Origin: an uncultured Saccharofermentans sp.
GTDB lineage: Bacteria > Bacillota > Clostridia > Saccharofermentanales > Saccharofermentanaceae
Direction: 5' to 3'
DNA: 64,000 nt
Assembly: GCA_905234715.1 (NCBI GenBank)
Contig: CAJOJI010000001.1
Location: 8,582-72,581 of the forward strand
Below the pieces are notes generated by a model that had not been told where the DNA came from, did not search any database, and was given only the letters and a program-made list of their open reading frames with translations. This document shows positions 54,559 to 64,000 of this stretch, piece after piece. A program made the position numbers and the translations under genes. Every line of letters starts with the position of its first letter. The stretch's first letter is position 1.

Positions 54559-57500
54559 TCAACCTATCAATTCTTTCAGTGTTTTCATGATCGCAGGAAC
54601 ATCGTATGGCTTCGCAAGATGGCCGTTCATGCCTGCATCCATAGCGATCTGACGGTCCTCTTCAAAGGCGTTCGCCGTAACGGCTACTATCGGAATTGAA
54701 GACTTCGTTTTATCGTCCAGAGCACGAATCTTACGAGTCGCCTCATAACCGTCCATCTTGGGCATTTGAATGTCCATGAGGATAATGTCATAGTAACCTG
54801 CAGGAGAGGATATCATCTTTTCGACTGCCTCTGTTCCGTCACCGGCGATGTCGACATCAAGACCTACATTCTTCAGGATGTTTTCAGCAAGGATCTGATT
54901 CATCTGATTATCTTCAGCAAGCAAAACACGTTTGCCTGAAAAATCAGGCATTGATTCCTGTTCACTATTCTCATTTGCCGTTTCTTCATTATCTGCCATA
55001 AACGGCTGAGCCATGACTCTTCTCAGCTCTGACATAAACAGCGGCTTGGAACAGAATGCGGTTACGCCTGCTTCTCTTGCTTCATCTTCTATATCAGCCC
55101 AATCGTATGCAGTCAGGATGATGATCGGCGTGCTGTCTCCAATAACTTTTCGAATTCTGCGCACTGTTTCAATACCGTTAAGATCAGGCATCTGCCAGTC
55201 GATAATATAAGCCTTGAATTCATCAGCCTGATTCATTGCATCCTTGGCACGAATAACAGCTTCTTTTCCATAATTTGTCCAGTCAGGTCTCATGCCGATC
55301 TCACGAAGCATGGAGCAGACAGAAAGGCATGTATCCACGTCATCGTCAGCCACAAGCGCACGAAGGCCCTGCAGTTCCGGAAGCGGTTCAAACTTTTGAG
55401 AGACGTTGCTGATCTTACACGGAATCTCAACAATGAATTCGCTGCCCTTGCCCTCAACAGAATTAACCGTAATCTCGCCGCCCATCATGTCCACGATATT
55501 CTTGGCGATCGCCATGCCGAGACCCGTACCCTGAATACCGCTGACAGTGCTTGTCTTCTCACGGGAGAAAGCTTCAAACAAAGTCTTCTGGAATTCTTCG
55601 CTCATGCCGATTCCGTTGTCTTTAATACGGAATTCAAAATCAGCAATATTTTCCTTTGACGAAGGTTTCTCAATAACACGGAAACTGATCGTACCGCCTT
55701 CAGGAGTGAACTTGATCGCGTTGGACAGGATATTCAGAAGCACCTGATTAAGTCTGAGTTTATCAGCAATGATATCCTCATGGATAACATCCTGAGTATC
55801 GATAAACAGCTCCATTTGCTTGGATGCAATGTTGGACTGGATGATCGTTCTCAGATCGTGGATAACATCCGGAAGATGCACTTCTGTCTCTTCGATATTT
55901 ACTTTTCCGCTTTCGATCCTGCTCATGTCCAATACATCGTTTATGAGCGCCAGAAGGTGCTGGCTGGATACCGATATCTTTCCTAGATAATCCTGCACCT
56001 GTTCCTTGTTATCGATGTGGGAAGCGGCCAGCGCGGTAAAACCAACAATGGCATTCATCGGAGTACGAATATCGTGGGACATGTTGTTAAGGAACGCTGT
56101 CTTCGCGCGGTTTGCATGTTCGGCGGAGATAAGTGCATCAGACAAAGCTTTCTGGCTGTCAGCAAGCTCCGTGTTTTTAGCCTCGAGTTCCTTACGTGCC
56201 GTTTCCTTTTCTTCAACTTCATGTTTCTTGCGCTGAACGTCACGGAACAACAGGAATACGATCACTGCGGCAACTAAAAGAATTAAGGTGCCGACCAGAG
56301 CCATGTTGTCGCGCAGTGCATCGAGAAAACTGTATGAATACAATCCTCTTGTATACCTGTACGATATGCTCGGTGCGTAATCGTCTCCGAGCACGTTTAC
56401 TCCGCGGTTGAGGAGCTTGAGAAGTCCTTCATTACCGATCTTTACACCGAAGCATCTGGCATCGTTATAACTTGTCTGATAAAGAGATAAGTCTTCGTAT
56501 TTTTTGTTGCGCAAAATATCGTTTGCTCTTAATCCGTTCAGCGTGGCGCAGCCTGCTTTGCCTGCGAGCACGGCATCAAGACATTCTTCGCTTGACTGAT
56601 AGAAAGTGATCTCCGCATCAGGATAATTCGTAAGCACAAAATAATACTGCATGCGGTTATTCTCGTTAACGGCAAAATGCTCCGTCGTCTTTTCGCTGAA
56701 TTCGCCCCTGTAAACAAGCTCCGCAGGAGATGATGAAACCGGGTTTGACAGATAGATTCCGTTCTCTTCTGAATAGTACAGACCGCCGCCTACAGGGAAA
56801 GCCACGTCGATCTCATCCGCGCACACAGCGGCAACCATATCATCGTAGCTTTTATATCCTATGTAGATTACCTCGATATCCTGAAGTCCGAGCGGATTCA
56901 TTATCGCAGGAATAATGTCTTTGACTATACCCGTAACTTCACCTTTATCGTTCGTGTCGCTGTAAGGCAGATAGTTCTCGAGATAGCCGACACGCAGCGT
57001 GGTGTGCTCATTCATCCATTCACGTTCAGTCTGCGAAAAAGCTCTCGCCGTAACGCTGACGGAATAATATTTGGCACGAAGCGTATTAAGATAGTTGGGT
57101 TCTTCCGCAGCCAAAAGTGTCTGTGCGGAATTCAATTCGGCCAGCAGATCAGGACGTTTGATGCTTACGCAAAGGTAGTAATCTGACGTTCCGAAAACAG
57201 TCAGGACTTCAGCATGCTCTCTTCCGTGAGCACCGTCGCTCTCTGCAGCAAGAACATCAACCTCACGAGAATCGAAGGCATCGAACAGCTGCGTGTAATC
57301 AGGATAAACAACCACCTCGGCTGTTACATGATTATTCTCAAGATACTGCTCAAGAACACCGACCATTGCACTGTCCAGGACACCGATCCTGCATCCGTTT
57401 AAAGTGACCGGATCAGCCGTGATATCCGCATTGTCATCAGACTTAACAAGGTAATAAGATTCATTACCCATAACCGCATTCGGATAACCGATTATCGAAG

Positions 57501-57840
57501 CACGGTTTTCTCTCCATGCAAGTCCTGCAAGCAGATCTATATCACCGTCTAAAAGCATCTGGTACAGGTCGCTGAAATCACCGTAAACATATTCATATTC
57601 CCAGCCGGTATATTCGGAAAGTTTGCGGTAGTACTCGTAGGCATAACCGTTCTTTACAACACCTTCCTGCGCACCTTCCTGGAAGACTTCATTCTCATAA
57701 TATCCAACACGGACAACCTGCGGATCCGTATCTGCATATACTGCATAAGGAAGACTGACGATAACGAGCATGACCGCACAGATGAACAGGACCAGCCTGC
57801 ACAACGCCGTCTTACAATGTTTGTTCTTTATCAGCTCCAT
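54559..57840 (-). CDS. Hybrid sensor histidine kinase with tandem periplasmic-binding-protein sensor domains and two REC domains
   Basis: Signal peptide, two VRVGY/LRVGY PBP repeats, TM, FLNNMSHDIRTPMNAI, QGTGLG, two receivers. Confidence 0.93.
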   Translation of the reverse strand: MELIKNKHCKTALCRLVLFICAVMLVIVSLPYAVYADTDPQVVRVGYYENEVFQEGAQEGVVKNGYAYEYYRKLSEYTGWEYEYVYGDFSDLYQMLLDGDIDLLAGLAWRENRASIIGYPNAVMGNESYYLVKSDDNADITADPVTLNGCRIGVLDSAMVGVLEQYLENNHVTAEVVVYPDYTQLFDAFDSREVDVLAAESDGAHGREHAEVLTVFGTSDYYLCVSIKRPDLLAELNSAQTLLAAEEPNYLNTLRAKYYSVSVTARAFSQTEREWMNEHTTLRVGYLENYLPYSDTNDKGEVTGIVKDIIPAIMNPLGLQDIEVIYIGYKSYDDMVAAVCADEIDVAFPVGGGLYYSEENGIYLSNPVSSSPAELVYRGEFSEKTTEHFAVNENNRMQYYFVLTNYPDAEITFYQSSEECLDAVLAGKAGCATLNGLRANDILRNKKYEDLSLYQTSYNDARCFGVKIGNEGLLKLLNRGVNVLGDDYAPSISYRYTRGLYSYSFLDALRDNMALVGTLILLVAAVIVFLLFRDVQRKKHEVEEKETARKELEAKNTELADSQKALSDALISAEHANRAKTAFLNNMSHDIRTPMNAIVGFTALAASHIDNKEQVQDYLGKISVSSQHLLALINDVLDMSRIESGKVNIEETEVHLPDVIHDLRTIIQSNIASKQMELFIDTQDVIHEDIIADKLRLNQVLLNILSNAIKFTPEGGTISFRVIEKPSSKENIADFEFRIKDNGIGMSEEFQKTLFEAFSREKTSTVSGIQGTGLGMAIAKNIVDMMGGEITVNSVEGKGSEFIVEIPCKISNVSQKFEPLPELQGLRALVADDDVDTCLSVCSMLREIGMRPDWTNYGKEAVIRAKDAMNQADEFKAYIIDWQMPDLNGIETVRRIRKVIGDSTPIIILTAYDWADIEDEAREAGVTAFCSKPLFMSELRRVMAQPFMADNEETANENSEQESMPDFSGKRVLLAEDNQMNQILAENILKNVGLDVDIAGDGTEAVEKMISSPAGYYDIILMDIQMPKMDGYEATRKIRALDDKTKSSIPIVAVTANAFEEDRQIAMDAGMNGHLAKPYDVPAIMKTLKELIG

Positions 57841-57853
57841 CAGTATTCTCCCT

Positions 57854-58213
57854 TCAAACAGACGGCGACTCTATTGCTTCGTATACCCGTTCTATCTCCT
57901 CATCCGTTAACTGTGAAAGCGGGTGATCATAATCAACATGTGCATCGTTATAGACTTCTATTCCAAAGATTTTAACGATGGTGCCGATCTCATAGTACGT
58001 GTTTCCGTTTTCATTATGCAAGGAGTGACGGTTCTCAATAGAATAAACAATACCCACACCCCATGGGAAACTGGAAATGATTTCAGTACCGCCATCTTTA
58101 AGATGACACTTTCTGGGGAACAAAAAGAATACCAGAACTGCTATTACAACAATAAGCACCACTGTTTTTACAACACTATGTTTTTTCCTGCTCATGACAT
58201 TACCCCATATCAT
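57854..58213 (-). CDS. Hypothetical membrane-anchored protein
   Basis: N-terminal TM then LKDGGT...TIVKIFGIEVY. Confidence 0.6.
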   Translation of the reverse strand: MIWGNVMSRKKHSVVKTVVLIVVIAVLVFFLFPRKCHLKDGGTEIISSFPWGVGIVYSIENRHSLHNENGNTYYEIGTIVKIFGIEVYNDAHVDYDHPLSQLTDEEIERVYEAIESPSV

Positions 58214-58283
58214 TACCTGTAATGCTCAACTTGAGACAAATAAATTATAACATGCCTGTTTTATTTGATTAATCCGAAAAGAA

Positions 58284-58313
58284 ATATGCCCGAAGCATTT
58301 GCTCCGGGCATAT
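58284..58313. terminator. Hairpin after the TetR gene
   Basis: ATATGCCCG/CGGGCATAT stem with T-rich sequence after it on the minus strand. Confidence 0.6.
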
Positions 58314-58346
58314 GTGGTTTTATCTTTTCGCGATTAAGCTAAAGGA

Positions 58347-58961
58347 TTAAGCCTTGTGCTTGATTGCAGCCTGAGGGGCCTTAAAGCATTCCGAGAGCAC
58401 GTATCCCGTCTGGATGCCATGGTAATTAACGATCATGAACTGAATGATCTCATCGACAGATGATGCGGGTTTGAGCTTGTTGTGTTTTACAACGTCTTTT
58501 AAAAACTTTTCAGTTGCCACCGTCGCATAGAGAAGCGGGCTCTGTTCGTCTTTGCCGAGTCTTCGCGCGATGTTCATGGCTCTTTCAGGATCAGTCATGG
58601 CGAGCATGTCACTGTATATCGACACCTTCAGAAGATCCGTTCCGACTTCCTTCATGTAATCTGCCTGCATGGCGCAAATCTCGTATATAGTTTTCTCCCA
58701 CCTGTCCGTCCCGGCCCTGCCCAATATCTCATCGAGCTTATCGTCGATCCTGTTGTTCTCATTGATCGTGATGACCAGGTCCTTAAGGACTTCATCAAGA
58801 TCCTTGTAATATCTGTATACGACACCGTGCGAGAAACCCGTCTCCTCTATGATGTCCTTCATCTCAACAGACGAGATAGGCTTTTTTGTGCACACACGGT
58901 ATGCGGCATCAACTATCTCCTTACGCTTGTTCTTATAGTATTCTTCACTGACCTTGGGCAT
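58347..58961 (-). CDS. TetR/AcrR family regulator
   Basis: MPKVSEEYYKNKRKEIVDAA...MKDIIEETGFSHGVVYRYY. Start moved to ATG 58961. Confidence 0.88.
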   Translation of the reverse strand: MPKVSEEYYKNKRKEIVDAAYRVCTKKPISSVEMKDIIEETGFSHGVVYRYYKDLDEVLKDLVITINENNRIDDKLDEILGRAGTDRWEKTIYEICAMQADYMKEVGTDLLKVSIYSDMLAMTDPERAMNIARRLGKDEQSPLLYATVATEKFLKDVVKHNKLKPASSVDEIIQFMIVNYHGIQTGYVLSECFKAPQAAIKHKA

Positions 58962-59100
58962 GGTATTTCCTCCGCGCCTTGTTCTGCGTTTTATCAAAAT
59001 GACACAGCGTCGTTTTATTATGCATTAATCATGATGTCAATAATCCGGAATTAATTACTCATGATCATCGGGAGATAAACACCAGGTACATCAAGGCCTC

Positions 59101-59129
59101 ATTCCCGGCATTAGAATAACGCCGGGAAT
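59101..59129 (-). terminator. Hairpin after the lipoprotein gene
   Basis: ATTCCCGGC/GCCGGGAAT 9-bp stem; no clear U-tract. Confidence 0.45.
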
Positions 59130-59149
59130 GGTTTCGTTGCAGGCACGGA

Positions 59150-59908
59150 TCAGGTATAGACCAATCTGTCATATGATCCAAACTCGATCATCTTAAGCAC
59201 AAACGGTCCTGTCTCGTTGACAAAGTGTGCGAATGAGAAACAGTATGCATTTCCTGCCTTATCCGTATAGTAGTAAACATGCCCCATTTCACGTAAGTCA
59301 AGCTCGTAAGCAGGAGTACCCAGGATTGATAACACCTCGTCTTCGGTCATTCCATTCTTAACACCATTGAAATCATATTGAGGAAATTCTCCGTAAACAT
59401 TTATAGCTACTACGAGCATATCATCAGGAAGATCCTTTACATCCTCTTCGTCAACTTCCAATTCCGGGTCTTCGAACATGACGCGGATGTCAAACTCCGG
59501 TTCTCCGTTCAGCATATAGTCCATTTCCAAGTCGCCCATATATACATCCATATATGGCTCGTAACCTAATGCCTTAAGGTCTCCCAGTGTGCACGGCAAC
59601 ATTATCTCCGTGCCATAGATAGTGACGCTATGCTCGAAAAATGTTGTATCAGGATCGATATTTTCTTCAAAAACAAATTCATGACCAATGTATTCATCAC
59701 CGGTATCTTCTGGTGTATCTGTGACCTGCTCCGTGCTTGCAGATTCTGAAGTTGCAGGAGCTTCAGTTTCAATCTCACTTTCAACTTCATTTTCAACTTC
59801 AGAAGCGGTCTCACCAGGTCCATTTGACCCGGTTTCTTTTGAGCATCCTGCAGCTCCCAAGAGCATTGCCATAATCAAAACTGCTGATAAGATTTTTACT
59901 TTTTTCAT
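59150..59908 (-). CDS. Lipoprotein sharing its ectodomain with the upstream sigma factor
   Basis: Lipobox AAGC, E/T/S linker, domain with GTEIMLPCTLGDL...DFNGV...GTPAY. Confidence 0.75.
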   Translation of the reverse strand: MKKVKILSAVLIMAMLLGAAGCSKETGSNGPGETASEVENEVESEIETEAPATSESASTEQVTDTPEDTGDEYIGHEFVFEENIDPDTTFFEHSVTIYGTEIMLPCTLGDLKALGYEPYMDVYMGDLEMDYMLNGEPEFDIRVMFEDPELEVDEEDVKDLPDDMLVVAINVYGEFPQYDFNGVKNGMTEDEVLSILGTPAYELDLREMGHVYYYTDKAGNAYCFSFAHFVNETGPFVLKMIEFGSYDRLVYT

Positions 59909-59994
59909 TGTCTTTTCTCCCTTATTTTGACGTAGTTTAGACAGACGCGGATTTGCCGCGCCAAATACTGATTACTATTTTTTGTGATTTGAGA

Positions 59995-61425
59995 TCAGGT
60001 CGCTTCTGCAAGATCTCTGTTACTTGCCATGTATTCCTTCGTACCGATCATCAGCATGTTCAGCTTCAGATTTTCGGGGTAATCAGTAAGATTCATGAAA
60101 TAGAATTCATAAGCCATGCCGTTATCACCCATGTAATAACTGTAGTGCCCGTAATAAAGCGCCTTCTCGGATACATATGCCGGCATTCCTATCATGGGTG
60201 CAAAATCTTTCTCATCCATTTCCATCACTATGCCGTGAAAATCCAACGGCGTATCCATGAACAGTTCGATTGCAACTACTTCATCGTTATCGGATGCAAT
60301 GTCACCTTCTTGCTTTGTTCCGGACAGATAACAAGTAAACGCATAGTAGTCATCACCGTCGTAGCACATCATGATAGAACTGCCTTCCATGACCATTCCG
60401 CCATCTTCAACGCTAAAGCCTTTTGCTTTCAGATCAGCAACCGAACAAGGCAATAATATTTCTTGTCCACCGATCTTAGGCACTCCTGTCAGTACAGCCG
60501 CATTAGGACCTGACAAGATATCTGCCGATGCCGTCTCATCGGTATCTGAAGCAACAACACTCTTATCAGGAATATTGTCAGACATTACGGAAGACTCCTC
60601 TTCCTCTGACACAGCAACCGGGTTTATATTTTCCTCAGCAGAGTTCTGATTTGCAAAATATATGATTCCGGCAGTTGCCGCGCCGATAACCAACACGCCA
60701 GCAACACTTCCTAATATTATCTTAAACATTGCACCTGTTCCTTTCTTCGCTGCTGACACAGCAATCTTAGTTCCGGCTCCCTGCGTGGAAGCCTTTGCTG
60801 ATGCGGACAGGTTCATGAGCCTTACAGGCATAGGCTTAAAAGCCACCTGCTCAGCTTCTTTCATAAAGAGCTTGCTCAGGAATGGCATAGCCATACTGAA
60901 CAACTTCGTATTGTTTTCTTTCTCATACTTCTCGACCTCCTTTTTAATCTTGTTTCTGGCAAAATTAAGACGGCTCAGAACAGAACCTTGAGGAATGCCC
61001 AATCTTTCAGAAATCTCCTTTGTGCTCATCTCATCAAAATAGAACAACACGAGTGTCCTTCTGACATCATCAGACAATGAGCTGCAGATAATGTCCATGA
61101 CGATCTTGCGCATTGCGTCTGATTCAATGATCGAATCAGGCAGGAAATCCTCCGGAACGGCCTCAACGGCATCAAAGAACTCTTCATCCATATTGTCTGT
61201 TTTCGCGAGCTTAATACGATCCAGACACTTATTTGCAGCGATCTTCTTGAGCAAAGCCACAGCCTTACTTGTATCCTTGATATCCGAATACGATTCGATA
61301 AAAGCGATAAAGGTATCCTGGACAACATCTTCAGCATCCACTTCATTCTTAAGAAGCTGCATGGCTGTCCAGTAAACGGGCTTATAGGCTTCGTTATAGA
61401 GCTGCTCGAGTTCTCTGCCGGTCAT
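59995..61425 (-). CDS. ECF-type sigma factor fused to a TM helix and an extracytoplasmic domain
   Basis: Region 2 (DAEDVVQDTF...IAANKCLD), region 4 (MSTKEISERLGIPQGSVLSRL), TM MFKIILGSVAGVLVIGAATAGIIYFA, acidic linker, ectodomain. Confidence 0.85.
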   Translation of the reverse strand: MTGRELEQLYNEAYKPVYWTAMQLLKNEVDAEDVVQDTFIAFIESYSDIKDTSKAVALLKKIAANKCLDRIKLAKTDNMDEEFFDAVEAVPEDFLPDSIIESDAMRKIVMDIICSSLSDDVRRTLVLFYFDEMSTKEISERLGIPQGSVLSRLNFARNKIKKEVEKYEKENNTKLFSMAMPFLSKLFMKEAEQVAFKPMPVRLMNLSASAKASTQGAGTKIAVSAAKKGTGAMFKIILGSVAGVLVIGAATAGIIYFANQNSAEENINPVAVSEEEESSVMSDNIPDKSVVASDTDETASADILSGPNAAVLTGVPKIGGQEILLPCSVADLKAKGFSVEDGGMVMEGSSIMMCYDGDDYYAFTCYLSGTKQEGDIASDNDEVVAIELFMDTPLDFHGIVMEMDEKDFAPMIGMPAYVSEKALYYGHYSYYMGDNGMAYEFYFMNLTDYPENLKLNMLMIGTKEYMASNRDLAEAT

Positions 61426-61523
61426 CTTTTTTGCCTCCTTTCTATCCGCATCTACTTACTTAACGAATAACTGATACGGATTATTCGATGGTCGGGAAAA
61501 ATTTTTTGGACATTTTTATAATA

Positions 61524-61655
61524 TCATTTGCCGGCAAATTCTTTGATTGTTTTAGTCTTTCCGACTTGGCGCGCACCTTTAACAATGAGAGGCTTTCTGT
61601 CCGGATTCTTATACCAAGCCTCTAAATATTCATCTGTTTTGCGCTTCAAATACAT
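61524..61655 (-). pseudogene. Truncated AAA_14/DUF4143-type ATPase (first 43 codons)
   Basis: GGAGG RBS, MYLKRKTDEYLEAWYKNPDRKPLIVKGARQVGKT (Walker A), then a premature TGA. Confidence 0.8.
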
Positions 61656-61706
61656 AATTAGAGCCCTCCAACAGCTTCACTCCAACAAAGAAATCAACGA
61701 TGGTCA

Positions 61707-61790
61707 ACATTTTTATGAGCCACTTTTATTCCAATCTTACATTTTTATGAGCCACTTTTTAGCTCGGATTACATTTTTGTGAGCCACTTT
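61707..61790. repeat. Three 20-bp direct repeats with a 32-bp period
   Basis: ACATTTTT(A/G)TGAGCCACTTT at 61707, 61739 and 61771, separated by 12-nt variable linkers. Confidence 0.9.
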
Positions 61791-61939
61791 GTACCTGTCA
61801 ATAAAAGTGGACACCAAAAATATTTTTCTTTAATTCTTTTTTCTGCCGGTAGACACCGGCGATATATTTTGTCCTGATTCATTTCTGAAAGTAGACACTT
61901 AAGACATTTTTTCTGTATTATAATTTATAAAAAATAGAG

Positions 61940-62506
61940 GTGCTCACCATGGCAGTCAGAACAAAACAATATATTTGTGATGCTTTCATGACTTTATTGG
62001 AGAACGAACCGGTCAGCAAGATCACCGTTCAGAACATAGTTGATCAATGTAATATCAACCGTAATACTTTTTACTACCATTTTGAAGATATTCCGGCTCT
62101 TATAGAATACATCGTGGAACAGAAAGCGGATGAACTGATCGCTAGGTACCCTTCTGTTGATTCAATCAATTCAGCCATGCTCGCTATCATGGAATTCGCT
62201 GAACAGAACAGAAAGATAATATGGCATGTCTGCAGTTCGGCAGACAGAGCACTCTTTGAGCTGCATCTCTGGCGCATATGCGAATATGTTATCTCAGAAT
62301 ACGGAAAAGTACTCTTCAAAGCTGACGATATATCAGAAGAAGACCGCATGATAATCCTTCACTCTTATGAAGATGAATGCTTCGGCAAAGTTATGGGATG
62401 GATCAACCGCGGCATGAAGACCGATGAACGTGACAGACTCATCAGATTTCTGGAACTCCGTTCGGGTGTTGCCGAGATGATGCTCGACAGAGCCAAAAAC
62501 ACCTGA
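61940..62506 (+). CDS. TetR family regulator
   Basis: TKQYICDAFMTLL...ITVQNIVDQCNINRNTFYYHFEDI. Confidence 0.9.
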   Translation: MLTMAVRTKQYICDAFMTLLENEPVSKITVQNIVDQCNINRNTFYYHFEDIPALIEYIVEQKADELIARYPSVDSINSAMLAIMEFAEQNRKIIWHVCSSADRALFELHLWRICEYVISEYGKVLFKADDISEEDRMIILHSYEDECFGKVMGWINRGMKTDERDRLIRFLELRSGVAEMMLDRAKNT

Positions 62507-62642
62507 CCGGTTTTCGAACAAAAAACGCAAAATGTCTGATTTTTGTATACTCACGGTCTAATGACCATTCATTTCGTATGAAATAAATACGATACTTCCA
62601 ATCGATAAAGGGCTAATGCCCGCAAGAAAGGAAGTAACGTGA

Positions 62643-64000
62643 ATGAAAACGGGAAAGATTATCGTTAAATACCGTTTCCCGGTACTGATCCTGACATTAC
62701 TGTTAATGATTCCCGCCTTACTCGGTATGGTAAACACGCGCATCAACTATGATATGCTCAACTACCTTCCGGAAGACATGGAAACAGTTAAGGGCCAGAA
62801 CGAACTCTTATCCAATTTTGGTAAAGGCGCATTCTCTATGATCATATTGGAGGACATGGCTCCTGAAGATGTCAGCCGGTTAAAGGCTGAGATCGAACAG
62901 GTCGATCATGTTGATTCTGTTGTCTGGTACGATTCTTTTGCAGACATGTCAGTCCCTATGGAAATGCTGCCGGACAGACTCTATAACGCTTTTAACACAG
63001 ACAATTCAACTATGATGGCTGTCTTCTTTGACACATCGACGTCTGATGATCTTACCATGGATGCCATACGTGAGATCCGCGGCATCTGCGGAAAACAGTG
63101 TTTTGTGGCAGGCATGTCAGCCCTTGTCACAGACCTTAAGGATCTGTGCGAGAAAGAAGAGCCGATATATGTCGGCATTGCAGTAGCTCTCGCTCTTGCA
63201 GCAATGATCTTATTGCTGGATAACTGGCTGATACCTCTCGTATTCCTGGCATCCATAGGAATGATGATACTTTTAAACCTCGGAAGCAATTACTTTTTCG
63301 GTGAGGTAAGTTACATCACAAAAGCGCTGTCTGCCGTACTGCAGCTTGCAGTAACAATGGATTACTCGGTATTCCTCTGGCACAGCTACAATGAACAGTT
63401 AACCCTGAACCAAGATCACAAAGCCGCAATGGCTCAGGCAATCAATGAGACATTGACTTCCGTATTGGGAAGTTCGGTTACGACCGTTGCGGGATTTATG
63501 GCGCTGTGCTTCATGACTTTCACGATGGGGCGTGATCTCGGCATCGTCATGGCCAAGGGTGTCATATTAGGAGTCATCGGATGCGTTACGGTCCTCCCTG
63601 CTCTGATACTGATGCTGGATAAACCGTTAAGCAAAGTATCACACCGTTCCCTTATTCCCGACACACGAAAGTTTGCCGGTCACCTGATCAAGGGGTTCCC
63701 TGTATTTCTCATTGTTTTCGCGCTTCTTATTCCGCCTGCATTCTACGGTTACAAAAAGACGGAGAATGAAGTTTACTATGACATGGGAGAATGCCTTCCC
63801 AAAGACATGGAATATGTTATCGCGAATTCCAAACTCCGTGACGAGTATGATATCGCATCAACACACATGATCCTTGTCGACTCTTCTCTGGATGAAGGAA
63901 CAAAGAGAGAGATGATCCGTGAGATGGAAAAAGTTAACGGTGTCAAAACAATACTCGGATTCGAGAGCCTGTTAGGTTCTGACGTTCCTTCAGACATTAT
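62643..64000 (+). CDS. MMPL/RND family transporter, runs off the right edge
   Basis: Not in the ORF track. Manual translation: MKTGKIIVKYRFPVLILTLLLMIPALLGMVNTRINYDMLNYLPEDMETVKGQ..., later LQLAVTMDYSVFLWHSY and GRDLGIVMAKGV. Confidence 0.88.
   Translation, partial: MKTGKIIVKYRFPVLILTLLLMIPALLGMVNTRINYDMLNYLPEDMETVKGQNELLSNFGKGAFSMIILEDMAPEDVSRLKAEIEQVDHVDSVVWYDSFADMSVPMEMLPDRLYNAFNTDNSTMMAVFFDTSTSDDLTMDAIREIRGICGKQCFVAGMSALVTDLKDLCEKEEPIYVGIAVALALAAMILLLDNWLIPLVFLASIGMMILLNLGSNYFFGEVSYITKALSAVLQLAVTMDYSVFLWHSYNEQLTLNQDHKAAMAQAINETLTSVLGSSVTTVAGFMALCFMTFTMGRDLGIVMAKGVILGVIGCVTVLPALILMLDKPLSKVSHRSLIPDTRKFAGHLIKGFPVFLIVFALLIPPAFYGYKKTENEVYYDMGECLPKDMEYVIANSKLRDEYDIASTHMILVDSSLDEGTKREMIREMEKVNGVKTILGFESLLGSDVPSDI

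Noticed and set aside
58347-58400. Possible C-terminal truncation of the TetR gene
   Set aside because: The ending looks abrupt but cannot be judged without homologue alignment.
61707-61790. Mini-CRISPR array
   Set aside because: 12-nt linkers and 20-nt repeats are too short, and there are no cas genes. Kept as phased repeats.
62558-63997. Minus-strand ORFs at the right edge
   Set aside because: Antisense shadows of the plus-strand MMPL transporter.
1-64000. Near-uniform minus-strand gene orientation as a single acquired island
   Set aside because: Core genes follow the same orientation; this is ordinary Firmicute leading-strand bias.

Overview
Chromosomal window from an anaerobic Clostridia-like Firmicute; the gene style suggests a rumen/gut Saccharofermentans-like organism, which is an inference. 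Almost all genes are on the minus strand. No rRNA, tRNA, CRISPR array, transposase or integrase was seen. The left third (1-21 kb) is a dispersed sulfur-metabolism neighbourhood: mnmA, metQ, metN/metI, mccA/mccB-like reverse transsulfuration genes and iscS/iscU. The rest is accessory DNA: a phosphorelay and cyclic-dinucleotide signalling cluster, many GNAT and methyltransferase genes, a yjdF riboswitch, a membrane-anchored ECF sigma factor, and several unannotated gene remnants. The main result is a sulfur regulon missed by the ORF track. Three short Met/Cys-rich leader peptides (41, 32 and 25 aa) each have a strong RBS, an antiterminator arm 10-15 nt after the Cys codons and an intrinsic terminator. 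They precede metQ, mccB-mccA-metN-metI and an ECF S-component gene. I found no T-box or S-box there. All three promoters, plus the iscS promoter, carry the same AACCTA-N9-TAGGTT-type palindrome in identical register over the -35 box. This suggests two-layer control: a trans-acting repressor plus ribosome-mediated attenuation. All calls are by eye; no database searches or folding calculations were run.
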